Shown piece after piece: positions 1-8,424 of a stretch of 23,239 nt of DNA. A program made the translations under genes and the position numbers. The notes below the pieces were generated by a model that saw only the letters and a list, made by a program, of their open reading frames with translations, was not told where the DNA came from and did no database searches. Numbering within the stretch: the stretch's first letter is position 1; the number at the start of each line of letters is the position of its first letter. Origin of the DNA: an uncultured bacterium (GTDB lineage Bacteria; Lernaellota; Lernaellaia; Lernaellales; Lernaellaceae); the NCBI GenBank assembly GCA_964534375.1, contig CAZHPN010000086.1:1-23239 (forward strand), written 5' to 3'.

Positions 1-53
1 CGCCGACCGCGGAAAGGGGGCGATCAAGAAGAAAAATTAGATGCGTTTACCCT

Positions 54-117
54 GGTGAACCGCGAACAATGAACAGTGAGACCTTGCGGACCTCGCTCAC
101 AGTTTTCTCGATCGCGG
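54..117. repeat. Degenerate 7-nt-period repeat (GGTGAAC/CGCGAAC/AATGAAC/AGTGAG) with an imperfect inverted partner, forming a hairpin
   Basis: CCGCGA..GAACAGTGAG (60-80) can pair with CTCACAGTT..TCGCGG (96-117). Same unit family as the CAGTGAA array at 4850-4877. Confidence 0.5.
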
Positions 118-135
118 CAAGAGACCCGGCAAGAC

Positions 136-190
136 GATCCCGTTGATCCCCCGCCTCCGCGGGGCAGGCTCGGTTGATCCTGTCAAAAAA
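136..190 (+). repeat. 9-nt-period repeat (GATCCCGTT/GATCCTGTC type) interrupted by a small GC palindrome; holds an unoccupied copy of the IS110-like target
   Basis: GTTGATCC occurs at 142-149 and 173-180. GTTGATCCTGTCAAAA (173-188) equals the reconstructed empty site of the element at 17299-17956. Confidence 0.65.
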
Positions 191-203
191 TCCCTCAATC
201 CAT

Positions 204-1595
204 TCATCCCAATTCCGCCAGCGCCTTCCGCAGCCGCGCCGCGACCTCCTCGCGGCCGATCAGCGCGATCGTCGCGTCGATCGGCGGGCTGACCGTCGAG
301 CCCGTTAGCGCCAACCGCAGCGGCTGCGCCACCTGCGCCAGCTTGACGTTCAACTCGGCCGCGAGCTTTTCGATCAGTTCCAGCGCGCCCGCGGCGTCGG
401 CCGGCGCGTCGCTCTGCAGCCACGCCACGAAGCGGCGCAGCGCTTCCCGCCCCGCGTCGTTCCAGAATTTCTTCACCGCGGCCGGGTCGTACGCCGCCGG
501 CGGCTCGAAGAAGGGCCGGCATTGGTCGGCCAGTTCAACGAGCGTCTTCGAGCGCTCCTGCAAAACCGCGACGATCCGCGGCAGGCGCGCGTCGCCGTCG
601 GCCGCGAAGCCGCGCTGGATCAGAAACGGCAGCAATTGCGGCGCAACCTCCTCCGGCGTCAGCGCCCGCAATTTCGCGGCGTTGAGCCAGTTGAGTTTGT
701 CCATGTCGAAAACGGCGTTGGCCGCGTTGACGTCGCGGATGTCGAAATAACGGATCATTTCCTCATCGGTGAACAGTTCCTGATCGCCGTGCGCCCAGCC
801 GAGCCGCGCGAAAAAGTTACGCAGCGCCTGCGGCAGGTAGCCGAGGTCGCGATAGTCGAGCAGATTGGCGGCGCCGTGCCGCTTCGAGAGCTTGCTGCGA
901 TCTTTGCCGAGCGTCAGCGGCAGGTGGCCGAACCGCGGCGGTTCGAGGCCGAGGTGACGGTAGAGCGGCAACTGCTTGTGCGTGTTGGTCAGGTGGTCCT
1001 CGCCGCGCACGACGTGCGTGACGCCCATGTCGGCGTCGTCGACCACCACGCAGAAGTTGTAGGTGACCGTGCCGTCGCTGCGCGCGATGATCCAGTCGTC
1101 GAGTTCGGCGTAGTTCACCTCGACGCGGCCTTTGATCAGGTCGTCGAGCACGCTGACGCCCTCGGTCGGCATGGCGCAACGGATGACGTGCGGCTGCTCC
1201 GGCCCGTAATGCTTGCCGCGGCAGGCGCGGTCGTACACGTACTTGCGCTTGTCCGCTTCGGCCGCGGCGCGCTGCGCGTCGATCTCGGCGGGCGTGCAGC
1301 GGCACCGGTACGCCCCGCCGTTCGCGAGCAGCTTGTCGATCGCCTGGCGGTACAGGTCGGTCCGCTGGCTTTGAAAGACGGGGCCTTCGTCCCAGTCAAT
1401 GCCGAGCCAGCGCAGGCCGTCGAGGATGACCTGCACGTTTTCTTCGGTCGATCGTTCCTTGTCCGTGTCTTCGATGCGCAGGGCCAGCTTGCCGCCCTCG
1501 TGGCGGGCCAGCAGCCAGTTGAACAGCGCCGTGCGGGCGTTGCCGATGTGCAACACGCCCGTCGGACTCGGGGCGAAACGGGTGCGAACGGTCAT
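204..1595 (-). CDS. gltX: Glutamate--tRNA ligase
   Basis: RTRFAPSPTG, HIGN (HIGH motif), LRIEDTD, CRC zinc-binding region, RGEDHL and KLSKR (KMSKS motif); 463 aa. Confidence 0.98.
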   Translation of the reverse strand: MTVRTRFAPSPTGVLHIGNARTALFNWLLARHEGGKLALRIEDTDKERSTEENVQVILDGLRWLGIDWDEGPVFQSQRTDLYRQAIDKLLANGGAYRCRCTPAEIDAQRAAAEADKRKYVYDRACRGKHYGPEQPHVIRCAMPTEGVSVLDDLIKGRVEVNYAELDDWIIARSDGTVTYNFCVVVDDADMGVTHVVRGEDHLTNTHKQLPLYRHLGLEPPRFGHLPLTLGKDRSKLSKRHGAANLLDYRDLGYLPQALRNFFARLGWAHGDQELFTDEEMIRYFDIRDVNAANAVFDMDKLNWLNAAKLRALTPEEVAPQLLPFLIQRGFAADGDARLPRIVAVLQERSKTLVELADQCRPFFEPPAAYDPAAVKKFWNDAGREALRRFVAWLQSDAPADAAGALELIEKLAAELNVKLAQVAQPLRLALTGSTVSPPIDATIALIGREEVAARLRKALAELG

Positions 1596-1727
1596 GACTT
1601 ACCACCTTCGATTGAGAGGCTGAGAGGCCAATAGGTCTCATAGAGACTGCCGATAAACTGCACCCCCGCCCGCCGACCACCGATAACTGCGAACTCGAAG
1701 TTTTTGGGGCGCGCAAAGCGAAATGTT

Positions 1728-1813
1728 GAATGGCGAATGGCGGATGGCGAGTTTCCGGCGGCGTCGGTAATTCTGCATTCGCCATTCGCCATTCGCCATT
1801 CGCCATTCGCCAT
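1728..1813. repeat. Heptamer tandem array (CATTCGC)x5 facing an inverted (GAATGGC)-type array
   Basis: GAATGGC GAATGGC GGATGGC at 1728-1748 and five CATTCGC units at 1776-1810. Confidence 0.9.
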
Positions 1814-1872
1814 CGTGCGGAGGATGCCTTCGCAAGAATCGATCAACTCGAGAAAATCGACGGCCTCTGTTT

Positions 1873-1937
1873 ATAGGGCGAATAGATCCTATAGGTCCCA
1901 TAACTCCTATAACTCCCATGATTCCCATGACGCCCAT
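1873..1937. repeat. Degenerate 9-mer tandem repeat (ATAACTCCC-like), about 7 units
   Basis: atagggcga atagatcct ataggtccc ataactcct ataactccc atgattccc atgacgccc; a related array lies at 13163-13198. Confidence 0.8.
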
Positions 1938-1965
1938 CTCGCCGACTGATTGCCGCAATCGATGT

Positions 1966-2772
1966 TCACCCTCTCTCGAACAGCGTCCAGAAAAACCGCC
2001 CGGCGACCAGCAACAACGCCAGCGCAAAGAGTTGTTTGAGCCGCAGCGGGTTGATGCGGTGCCCAAGCGCCGCGCCCACGGGCGCCGTGATGATGGCGGC
2101 GGGCGCCAAAAAGATCAAGGCGAGCAGGTGCACGCCGCCGGCCGCGTACGGCACGCCGGCGGTCTCCCGCCAATCCGCAAAAACGTACGTCGCGGCGCCG
2201 CCCGCGCCGAGGATGACGATCATCAACGTCGACGTCGCGATGGCCCGCGGCGGGTCGAAGCGCGCCCACCACAGCAGCAGCGGCACGGCCACAATGCCGC
2301 CGCCAATGCCGAAAAAGCCCGCGACGACGCCGGCGAGCGCGCCGATCCAGTACGCCTTGCCGGCGCCGCCCGTCGCGCCCGGCGCATGCACGCTCTGGCT
2401 GCGCAGCAACTCCGCGGCGGCCGCGACCAGCAGCGCGGCGAACGCCGGCTTGAGCGTCGCGGCCGGCAGCAGGGAAGCGACGTAGCCGCCCAACACCGCG
2501 CCGGCCAGGCCCCCGACGCCGGCGCGCCAGCCGAAGCCCACGTCGACTTTGCCCCGGCGGTGGTGCGCCCACGCCGCGCTGGCCGCGGTGAAGACGATCG
2601 CCGCCAGGCTGGTGCCGAGCGCGAGGTGGAACGATGCGTCCGCCGCGACGCCCTGCCGGCGAAAGAGGAAGTCGAGGATGGGCACGTTGATCAGCCCGCC
2701 GCCAACGCCGAGCAAGCCGGCGACCACGCCGGCGAACAGGCCGGTGAGCAGATACAACGGTCCGTAGGTCAT
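1966..2772 (-). CDS. Sulfite exporter TauE/SafE family membrane protein
   Basis: Two half-repeats (GLLGVGGG..VP..GTSLA and GFFGIGGG..VP..ATST); highly hydrophobic. Likely start is ATG 2772 (MTYGPL), just after the stop of the upstream gene. Confidence 0.88.
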   Translation of the reverse strand: MTYGPLYLLTGLFAGVVAGLLGVGGGLINVPILDFLFRRQGVAADASFHLALGTSLAAIVFTAASAAWAHHRRGKVDVGFGWRAGVGGLAGAVLGGYVASLLPAATLKPAFAALLVAAAAELLRSQSVHAPGATGGAGKAYWIGALAGVVAGFFGIGGGIVAVPLLLWWARFDPPRAIATSTLMIVILGAGGAATYVFADWRETAGVPYAAGGVHLLALIFLAPAAIITAPVGAALGHRINPLRLKQLFALALLLVAGRFFWTLFERG

Positions 2773-2773
2773 C

Positions 2774-3793
2774 TTACGCGGTGGTGAGGTCGAGGACCTG
2801 CACGGAGAGATCGGAGACCGCGAGGTCCCAGCGTTCGCGGAAGCCGGCCGCATCGCCGCCCATCTGGATCGGCCGCGGCTTGTCGAGTTCGACCGTCACG
2901 CGTTTGGCGAGAAAGTCTTTGAAGCCCGCCGGCTGGTAGGTTCCGGCGAAAATCCCGCGCCAGTGCGACAGGCAATCGAAGACGCCCGAGGAAACGATGC
3001 GGAAATTCATGAAGCCTTCCTTCGCCCGCGCGAACGGGAAGGCCGTGAGGTTGAAGCCGTAATAAGGCGTCGTGCTGCCGCCGAAGACGTTGGCCGGGCC
3101 TTCGTACAGCGTGTCGCCGACGCCGATGCTCAGCGGTCGCGGCGCCTGGTTGAGCCGGCACTCGAAAATTTCGGGGTCTTGATTGATAACGCGGATGTGC
3201 GGCGGCTCGCGCTCCATGAGTTGCTGCGGAATCGTCTTCACGATCATACTGGCGAGGTAGCCCTGCAGGCCGCTGACGAATCTCTTGAACGGCCCGAACC
3301 CGAACCGCTGCTTGAATTGGTTGTAGTCGGCGAGGATTTTCGCATCCCAACCCATGCCCGCGAAATGGAAGAGGCGGTCTTCGGTTTCCAGCAGGTTGAA
3401 ACTGGTCATCCGCCAGTCGTCGGGGTTGGCCATCTTCGGCAGCGACCGTTTGCCGTTGTCGACGCCCATCATGCCCGCCCAGCCGTTGCCGGTGCCGAGC
3501 TTGAGGAAGCCGAGCTTGGGCATGGCCGAGTCGCTCTGCCCGAACTCGCGCAGGGATTTGCGCAACTGATTGATGATTTCGACGAGTGTGCCGTCGCCGC
3601 CGCCCAGCACCAGGTGGCTGTAGTTGCGTTTGACGATCTCGCGCACGTAATCCTGCCCCTCGTCCAGCGTTTTGCTCACGTAAAGCTGCGCCTCGGGCAC
3701 GAAGCGCTTCACGCGCTCGACGATCCGATTGCTGACCTTGCGCGCGTTGGCGTTGAGGATGACCGCAACGTCGCGATCCCAGAATTTGTCCAT
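2774..3793 (-). CDS. Diacylglycerol/lipid kinase family protein
   Basis: ILNANA, GGGDGT and LGTGN motifs, AGMGWDA, and C-terminal QMGGD. Confidence 0.88.
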   Translation of the reverse strand: MDKFWDRDVAVILNANARKVSNRIVERVKRFVPEAQLYVSKTLDEGQDYVREIVKRNYSHLVLGGGDGTLVEIINQLRKSLREFGQSDSAMPKLGFLKLGTGNGWAGMMGVDNGKRSLPKMANPDDWRMTSFNLLETEDRLFHFAGMGWDAKILADYNQFKQRFGFGPFKRFVSGLQGYLASMIVKTIPQQLMEREPPHIRVINQDPEIFECRLNQAPRPLSIGVGDTLYEGPANVFGGSTTPYYGFNLTAFPFARAKEGFMNFRIVSSGVFDCLSHWRGIFAGTYQPAGFKDFLAKRVTVELDKPRPIQMGGDAAGFRERWDLAVSDLSVQVLDLTTA

Positions 3794-3829
3794 GATTATC
3801 CCTCGGCGACGAACTGACTCAGGAAGCGA

Positions 3830-3858
3830 AACATAAGCGCTTGTTCTGGAACCGTCAA
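3830..3858 (-). promoter_or_regulatory. Putative sigma70 promoter for the lipid kinase-TauE unit
   Basis: TTGACG-17 nt-TATGTT on the minus strand, 36 nt upstream of the ATG. Confidence 0.5.
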
Positions 3859-4056
3859 TCGAGAAATTGTCCGAGAGGATCCGGGCGATTTTGAATTTTT
3901 ACCGCTTTGGAAGAGGGCATGGGAAGGCAGGAAGGCCGCGCGCGGGCAAACTGTTCGCGTGGCGCACGCACAACCAGTCTCCGCCCCGGCCGCAATCTTG
4001 TCGAATCGGCGGGGCCGGTGAGCAACGGGCAATAGATCCCAAGTCGAAAGTCGCTG

Positions 4057-4740
4057 CTACACCGAGCAGCGCACGTATTTTTCGTAGCGCCGTTCGACGT
4101 CTTTCCAGTCCACGACGTTCCACCAGGCGCCGACGTATTCGGCGCGGCGGTTCTGATATTTCAGGTAGTACGCGTGCTCCCACACGTCGACGAGCAACAG
4201 CGGGATCGCGCCCTGAATGTTCAGGTTCTGGTGGTTCATGAACCCCATCGTGTAGAGGCGGCCGAAGGTCGGATCGTAGACCAGGGCGCCCCAGCCGCTG
4301 CCCTCGACGGTCACCGCCGCGTTGGTCAGTTGCTCCTTGAGTTTTTGCACGCTGCCGAAATCGAGTTGGATATGCGCGAGCAACGCGCCTTCCGGCTCCG
4401 GTTTCGCCTGCTCCTTGGGCCGCATGTTGTTGAAGAAAATGAGGTGGTTGGCATGGCCGCTGCCGTGGAACGCGAGCTGCCGTTCGGCCAGCGCGATCGA
4501 CTTGTAGTCGCCGCTCTGCCGCGAATCGCGCAGCGCGATTTCCGCCTTGTTAAGGCCGTCGACGTACCCCTGCTGGTGCTTGGAGTGATGCAGCTTCATG
4601 GTCGTCGCGTCGATGAACGGCTCCAAGGCGTCGTAGTCGTAGGGAAGATTCGGCAGGGTGTGTTCGCCGATCTTCACGTTCGTGAAGACCAGGATCCCGC
4701 CGCCGGTTCCCGTTCCCGTTTCGATGGGTCGAGCGCTCAT
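4057..4740 (-). CDS. sod: Fe/Mn superoxide dismutase
   Basis: LPYDYDALEP, HHSKH, GHANH, GSGW and DVWEHAYYLKYQN motifs; AAGGAG RBS upstream. Confidence 0.96.
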   Translation of the reverse strand: MSARPIETGTGTGGGILVFTNVKIGEHTLPNLPYDYDALEPFIDATTMKLHHSKHQQGYVDGLNKAEIALRDSRQSGDYKSIALAERQLAFHGSGHANHLIFFNNMRPKEQAKPEPEGALLAHIQLDFGSVQKLKEQLTNAAVTVEGSGWGALVYDPTFGRLYTMGFMNHQNLNIQGAIPLLLVDVWEHAYYLKYQNRRAEYVGAWWNVVDWKDVERRYEKYVRCSV

Positions 4741-4809
4741 GATGTCCGTCTCCTTCTTTTGTTGGCTCGTTCTGTTCTCGATTCCGATCGTTCGTTCGCC
4801 AGCTTCGAA

Positions 4810-4837
4810 AACCTAACCGCGGTCGGGGAGTTGGCAA
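4810..4837 (-). promoter_or_regulatory. Possible sigma70 promoter for sod
   Basis: TTGCCA-16 nt-TAGGTT on the minus strand. Confidence 0.3.
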
Positions 4838-4849
4838 GTGGGCAGGGGT

Positions 4850-4910
4850 CAGTGAACAGTGAACAGTGAACAGTGGAGATCTCGCGTCCCGACTCCCGAA
4901 TCCCGAATTC
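4850..4910. repeat. Heptamer arrays (CAGTGAA)x3-4 and TCCCGA(A/C) units
   Basis: cagtgaa cagtgaa cagtgaa cagtgga, then tcccgac tcccgaa tcccgaa. Confidence 0.85.
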
Positions 4911-4963
4911 AGCCTCGTCCTCTGCGGCGCCTCCGTGGCTCCGTGTGAGGCCCGGAAATTCCG

Positions 4964-5026
4964 CATTCGCCATTCGCCATTCGCCATTCGCCATTCGCCA
5001 TTCGCCATTCCCCATTCGCCATTCCC
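4964..5026. repeat. Heptamer tandem array (CATTCGC), 9 units including two CATTCCC variants
   Basis: Directly visible; same unit as 1776-1810. Confidence 0.92.
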
Positions 5027-5124
5027 GCCCTTGACGCCCACCAGCGGCTGCGGTGAGATGCATCCAAATAACAATCCTTTCGAACGGCGCTACAAAATCG
5101 GACCGGCGCGAAGGAGGCGGCAAA

Positions 5125-6870
5125 ATGCGGAACTACGATCGCGTGAATGCGCGGCGGCCGGCGGGCGTCGAGCAGCGGCGCGCGTACATCGTCGGCGGGG
5201 GCATTGCGGGCCTCTCGGCCGCGGCCTTCCTGTCCCAGGACGGCGGCATGCCGGCGGAAAATGTGACGATTCTGGAGGCGCTGCCCGTCGCCGGCGGGTC
5301 GCTCGACGGCGCGGGCGACCCCGCGCTCGGCTACATCAGCCGCGGCGAGCGCGAGCTGGAGCCGAACATGGAGTGCCTGTGGGCGCTGTGCGCGATGGTC
5401 CCGTCGCTCGACGAGCCCGGCCGGACGGTCCTCGACGAAACGCGCGAATCCAACCAGCGCACGCCGATCCACTCGCGCTATCGGCTTACCGAAAAACAGT
5501 TCCGCAAACGTGACTGCACGGTGAGCGGCCTGACGCGCCGCGATCGCGACGACTTCATCCGCATGATCCTCACGCCCGAGCCCGAGCTCGAAGACCTCGC
5601 GATCGACCAGTGGTTCCAGCCGAGCTTTTACCAAAGCAATTTTTGGCATTACGGCTCGAGCATGCTGGCCTTTCAGCCGTGCCACAGCCTCGTCGAAATG
5701 CGCCGCTACATGCTCCGCTTCATGCAGCACCTGCCCGGCGTCGATCACCTGCGAGGCGTGCTGCACACGAAATACAATCAATTCGAATCGCTCGCGTTGC
5801 CCCTCATCAAGTGGTTGCAGGACCTTGGCGTCCGGATGGTCCTCAACGCCGAGGTGGCCGATCTCGACATCGACTCCCGCGGCGGCGAGAAGGTCGTCAC
5901 CGCGATTCGCCTGACGCGCGACGGCGCGGCGGAGACGATCGCGGTCGGCGAGCGCGACCTTGTGCTCGTGACCAACGGCTCGCTGACGCAGAACTCCACC
6001 AGCGGCTCGATGACGCGGCCGGCCGTGCGCAACGACGACGCGGCGCATCGCGGGTGTTTCACCTTATGGGAGAAGCTGGCGACGCGGCATCCCGAATTCG
6101 GCCGGCCGGCCAAGTTCCTCGGCGACCCCGAGAAAACGCACTTCGTCAGTTGGACGCTGACGCTCGCCGACTACCCCGGACTCGTCGACTACCTCGTGCA
6201 CACAACGGGCAACGAGCCCGGCTCCGGCGGCGCGGTGACGATGGTCGACTCGGCGTGGTTTCAGACGTTTCACGTGCCGCTGCAGCCGGTGTTCCGCAAT
6301 CAGCCCGCCAACGTGCAGGTGCTGTGGGGCTACGGGCTGTACGACCGCGCCGTCGGGAACCACATCCGCAAGCCGATGAGCGAATGCACCGGCGAGGAAA
6401 TCCTCCGCGAATTTCTTCATCACCTCGGCCTGGCGGCGAAGGCGGACGAAATCGCGCCGCACGCCAATTTGATCCCCACCATGTTGCCCTACGTGATGAG
6501 CCAATTCATGCCCCGCGCGCGCGGGGATCGGCCCGACGTCATCCCGCCCGGCAGCAAGAACCTCGCTTTTATCGGCCAGTTCGTCGAAATTCCGGGCGAC
6601 GTGGTTTTCACTGTCGAAACCAGCGTGCGCACGGCGATGGCGGCGGTTTACGGGCTGCTGAACCTCGATAAACCCGTGGTCCCGATTTACGCCGGCCAGT
6701 ACGACGTGCGCGTGCTCCTCGGCGGCGCCAAAAAAGTTCTTGACATGGCCGCGATCTCGCCGCGCGGCCTGGCGCGGCTTAACCCGCTGCGGCTGCCCGG
6801 CCTGGCCCGCGCGCTATGCCAGGCGGTACGCTCGGTTCCAGATGTGGAAGAGCGGGAGATTATGTATTGA
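5125..6870 (+). CDS. ohyA: Oleate hydratase (myosin-cross-reactive antigen family, FAD-dependent)
   Basis: AYIVGGGIAGLSAA Rossmann motif, GGSLDG, GYISRGERE (variant of RGGREM), TKYNQFES, TNGS and DVVFTVETSVRTA. AAGGAGG RBS at 5111-5117 supports ATG 5125. Confidence 0.93.
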   Translation: MRNYDRVNARRPAGVEQRRAYIVGGGIAGLSAAAFLSQDGGMPAENVTILEALPVAGGSLDGAGDPALGYISRGERELEPNMECLWALCAMVPSLDEPGRTVLDETRESNQRTPIHSRYRLTEKQFRKRDCTVSGLTRRDRDDFIRMILTPEPELEDLAIDQWFQPSFYQSNFWHYGSSMLAFQPCHSLVEMRRYMLRFMQHLPGVDHLRGVLHTKYNQFESLALPLIKWLQDLGVRMVLNAEVADLDIDSRGGEKVVTAIRLTRDGAAETIAVGERDLVLVTNGSLTQNSTSGSMTRPAVRNDDAAHRGCFTLWEKLATRHPEFGRPAKFLGDPEKTHFVSWTLTLADYPGLVDYLVHTTGNEPGSGGAVTMVDSAWFQTFHVPLQPVFRNQPANVQVLWGYGLYDRAVGNHIRKPMSECTGEEILREFLHHLGLAAKADEIAPHANLIPTMLPYVMSQFMPRARGDRPDVIPPGSKNLAFIGQFVEIPGDVVFTVETSVRTAMAAVYGLLNLDKPVVPIYAGQYDVRVLLGGAKKVLDMAAISPRGLARLNPLRLPGLARALCQAVRSVPDVEEREIMY

Positions 6871-7169
6871 TGGCGGACCTTGCTGAAGGTTCTTCGATAT
6901 CCTACACCCAGAAGCCCTTGGCGCGCGAGGCGCGCGGCTCGGTCGGCCAGCCCTACCGGGGCTGGCCGGCGCCCCAATTCACGTGAACTTCCGCTTTCGC
7001 GGGAAATAAGCGCCACGTGCTTGAGATACAATATCTACTTCCGCATTCTTGTCACACCTTACCCCGGCCGCTGCCCGGGCGAATCAACAAAAGTCAGTGA
7101 ACATCCGACGCCAACGCCGCGGCAGTGAACAGTGGTCGGCCGCCCTTTTTCGAACCAGGCCCTCCGAAC

Positions 7170-7223
7170 TCGGAGCCCCGGACCCGAACCCCGAGTCCAG
7201 AACCCCGAGTCCCGAGTCCCGGA
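7170..7223. repeat. Degenerate heptamer array (GAGTCCC/GAACCCC)
   Basis: ggacccgaaccccgagtccagaaccccgagtcccgagtcccgga; CAGTGAA units nearby at about 7095 and 7123. Confidence 0.7.
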
Positions 7224-7284
7224 TCGGTTCCGTGGACATCTTCGGTCGCTTGTGAAAACATGCCCCGATCGCAAAAGGCAGACG

Positions 7285-8424
7285 ATGAAAAACATCGCGG
7301 AAAACATCAAAAAATTCAAAGATCGGGGGCGGAAGGTCGTCGGCTGCTTTCCGCTATATCCCCCGCTGGAGCTTTTCCACGCCCTGGATCTGACTCCCAT
7401 TACCCTGTGGGGGCTCCGGGATTTTATCCCCCGGGTTGAACACAGCGATCGGCACATCCAGCCATACGCCTGTTCGGTGGCCCGCCGCCTGCTGGAATTT
7501 GTGTTTGCGGAAAGCGGCGCCGCCCTGGACGGACTGTTCATGTACAATGCCTGCGACACCCTGCGCAACCTGCCGGAGATCATCGATTGCGGGCTGGCCG
7601 ACGTCGGCCGCGCGCTGCCGATTTTCAAAATGCACCTCCCGATGGTCCCGCCGGCGCAGCCGGAATGGCCGGCTTATCTGCGCGAGCGGATCGAGCGGTT
7701 GATTCGAGATCTCGAGCAGGCCTACCGCGTGACCTTTTCACCCGAGAAGTTTCGGCAAAGCGTCGCCCTGCACCGTGAAATGAGAGAGCTTGCCAAATCC
7801 CTCGAAACCCGTGTGGCGGAAGGATTCCTCAATTATGGCGAGTTCTCGCGAATCACCACGGAAGGTTGGTTCACTTGCGTTGAAGACCAGATCCTGGTTC
7901 TTCGGAAAGCCCTCCGGGACGAGGTCGGCGCCGAAAATGCGCTTGCCAGGAAATCGCGGCGCGTGGTCGTCAGCGGCATCCTTCCCCCGCCGCGGCGAAT
8001 GATCCGCGACCTGGAGAACGCGGGCGTCACGGTCGTCGGAAACGACGTCGCCTCGCAGAATCGTGCGCTGTATTATTCCCCGCCGCTCACGGACAATCCG
8101 GTCGATTACTATGTTGATTTTTATCAACGCCATTACCCATGCACCACACTGCTGTATACGGCAGACCGGCGCGTGTTCGCCATTCGGGAACTCGTTTCCG
8201 GCGTCCAAGCGCAGGGCGTCGTGTTTGTTGGAGAAAAGTTCTGCGAGTACGAATATTTCGAATTTCCCCATCTGGATCGCGTCTTGAAAAATATGGGCGT
8301 GCGAACCCTGTTCCTCGACGTTTCGATCGATGACGATGAACATGCCGCCGCGCAAGCAACCCGAATTGAGACATTTGCCGAATTGCTGGATTCCGCCGGT
8401 GCGGGAGGTTTTCATGACCAATGA
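7285..8424 (+). CDS. 2-hydroxyacyl-CoA dehydratase family subunit (HgdB/FldC/BcrC-like)
   Basis: VVGCFPLYPPLEL, YACSV, NACDT, KFCEYEYFE and TRIETFAELL, with the Fe-S Cys pattern of the HGD-D family. Likely start is ATG 7285. Confidence 0.88.
   Translation: MKNIAENIKKFKDRGRKVVGCFPLYPPLELFHALDLTPITLWGLRDFIPRVEHSDRHIQPYACSVARRLLEFVFAESGAALDGLFMYNACDTLRNLPEIIDCGLADVGRALPIFKMHLPMVPPAQPEWPAYLRERIERLIRDLEQAYRVTFSPEKFRQSVALHREMRELAKSLETRVAEGFLNYGEFSRITTEGWFTCVEDQILVLRKALRDEVGAENALARKSRRVVVSGILPPPRRMIRDLENAGVTVVGNDVASQNRALYYSPPLTDNPVDYYVDFYQRHYPCTTLLYTADRRVFAIRELVSGVQAQGVVFVGEKFCEYEYFEFPHLDRVLKNMGVRTLFLDVSIDDDEHAAAQATRIETFAELLDSAGAGGFHDQ

Noticed and set aside
1..40. 3' end of a plus-strand gene (ADRGKGAIKKKN*)
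   Set aside because: Too short to support or identify.
522..1634. 370-aa plus-strand ORF and other ORFs overlapping gltX
   Set aside because: Shadow frames of gltX.
1596..1965. tRNA gene or riboswitch beside gltX
   Set aside because: No cloverleaf, T-loop/CCA pattern or recognisable riboswitch motif; the region is explained by short repeats.
1396..2066. ORFs with MANGEWR or MGVMGIMG repeats (also 4550-5123)
   Set aside because: Translations of non-coding 7-mer and 9-mer DNA repeats; the same peptide appears in several frames.
3981..4018. GC-rich imperfect hairpin downstream of sod
   Set aside because: No U-tract and imperfect pairing; cannot be called a terminator or ncRNA.
4964..5026. 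CRISPR array interpretation of the tandem repeats
   Set aside because: Units are 7-9 nt and contiguous, with no spacers and no cas genes.
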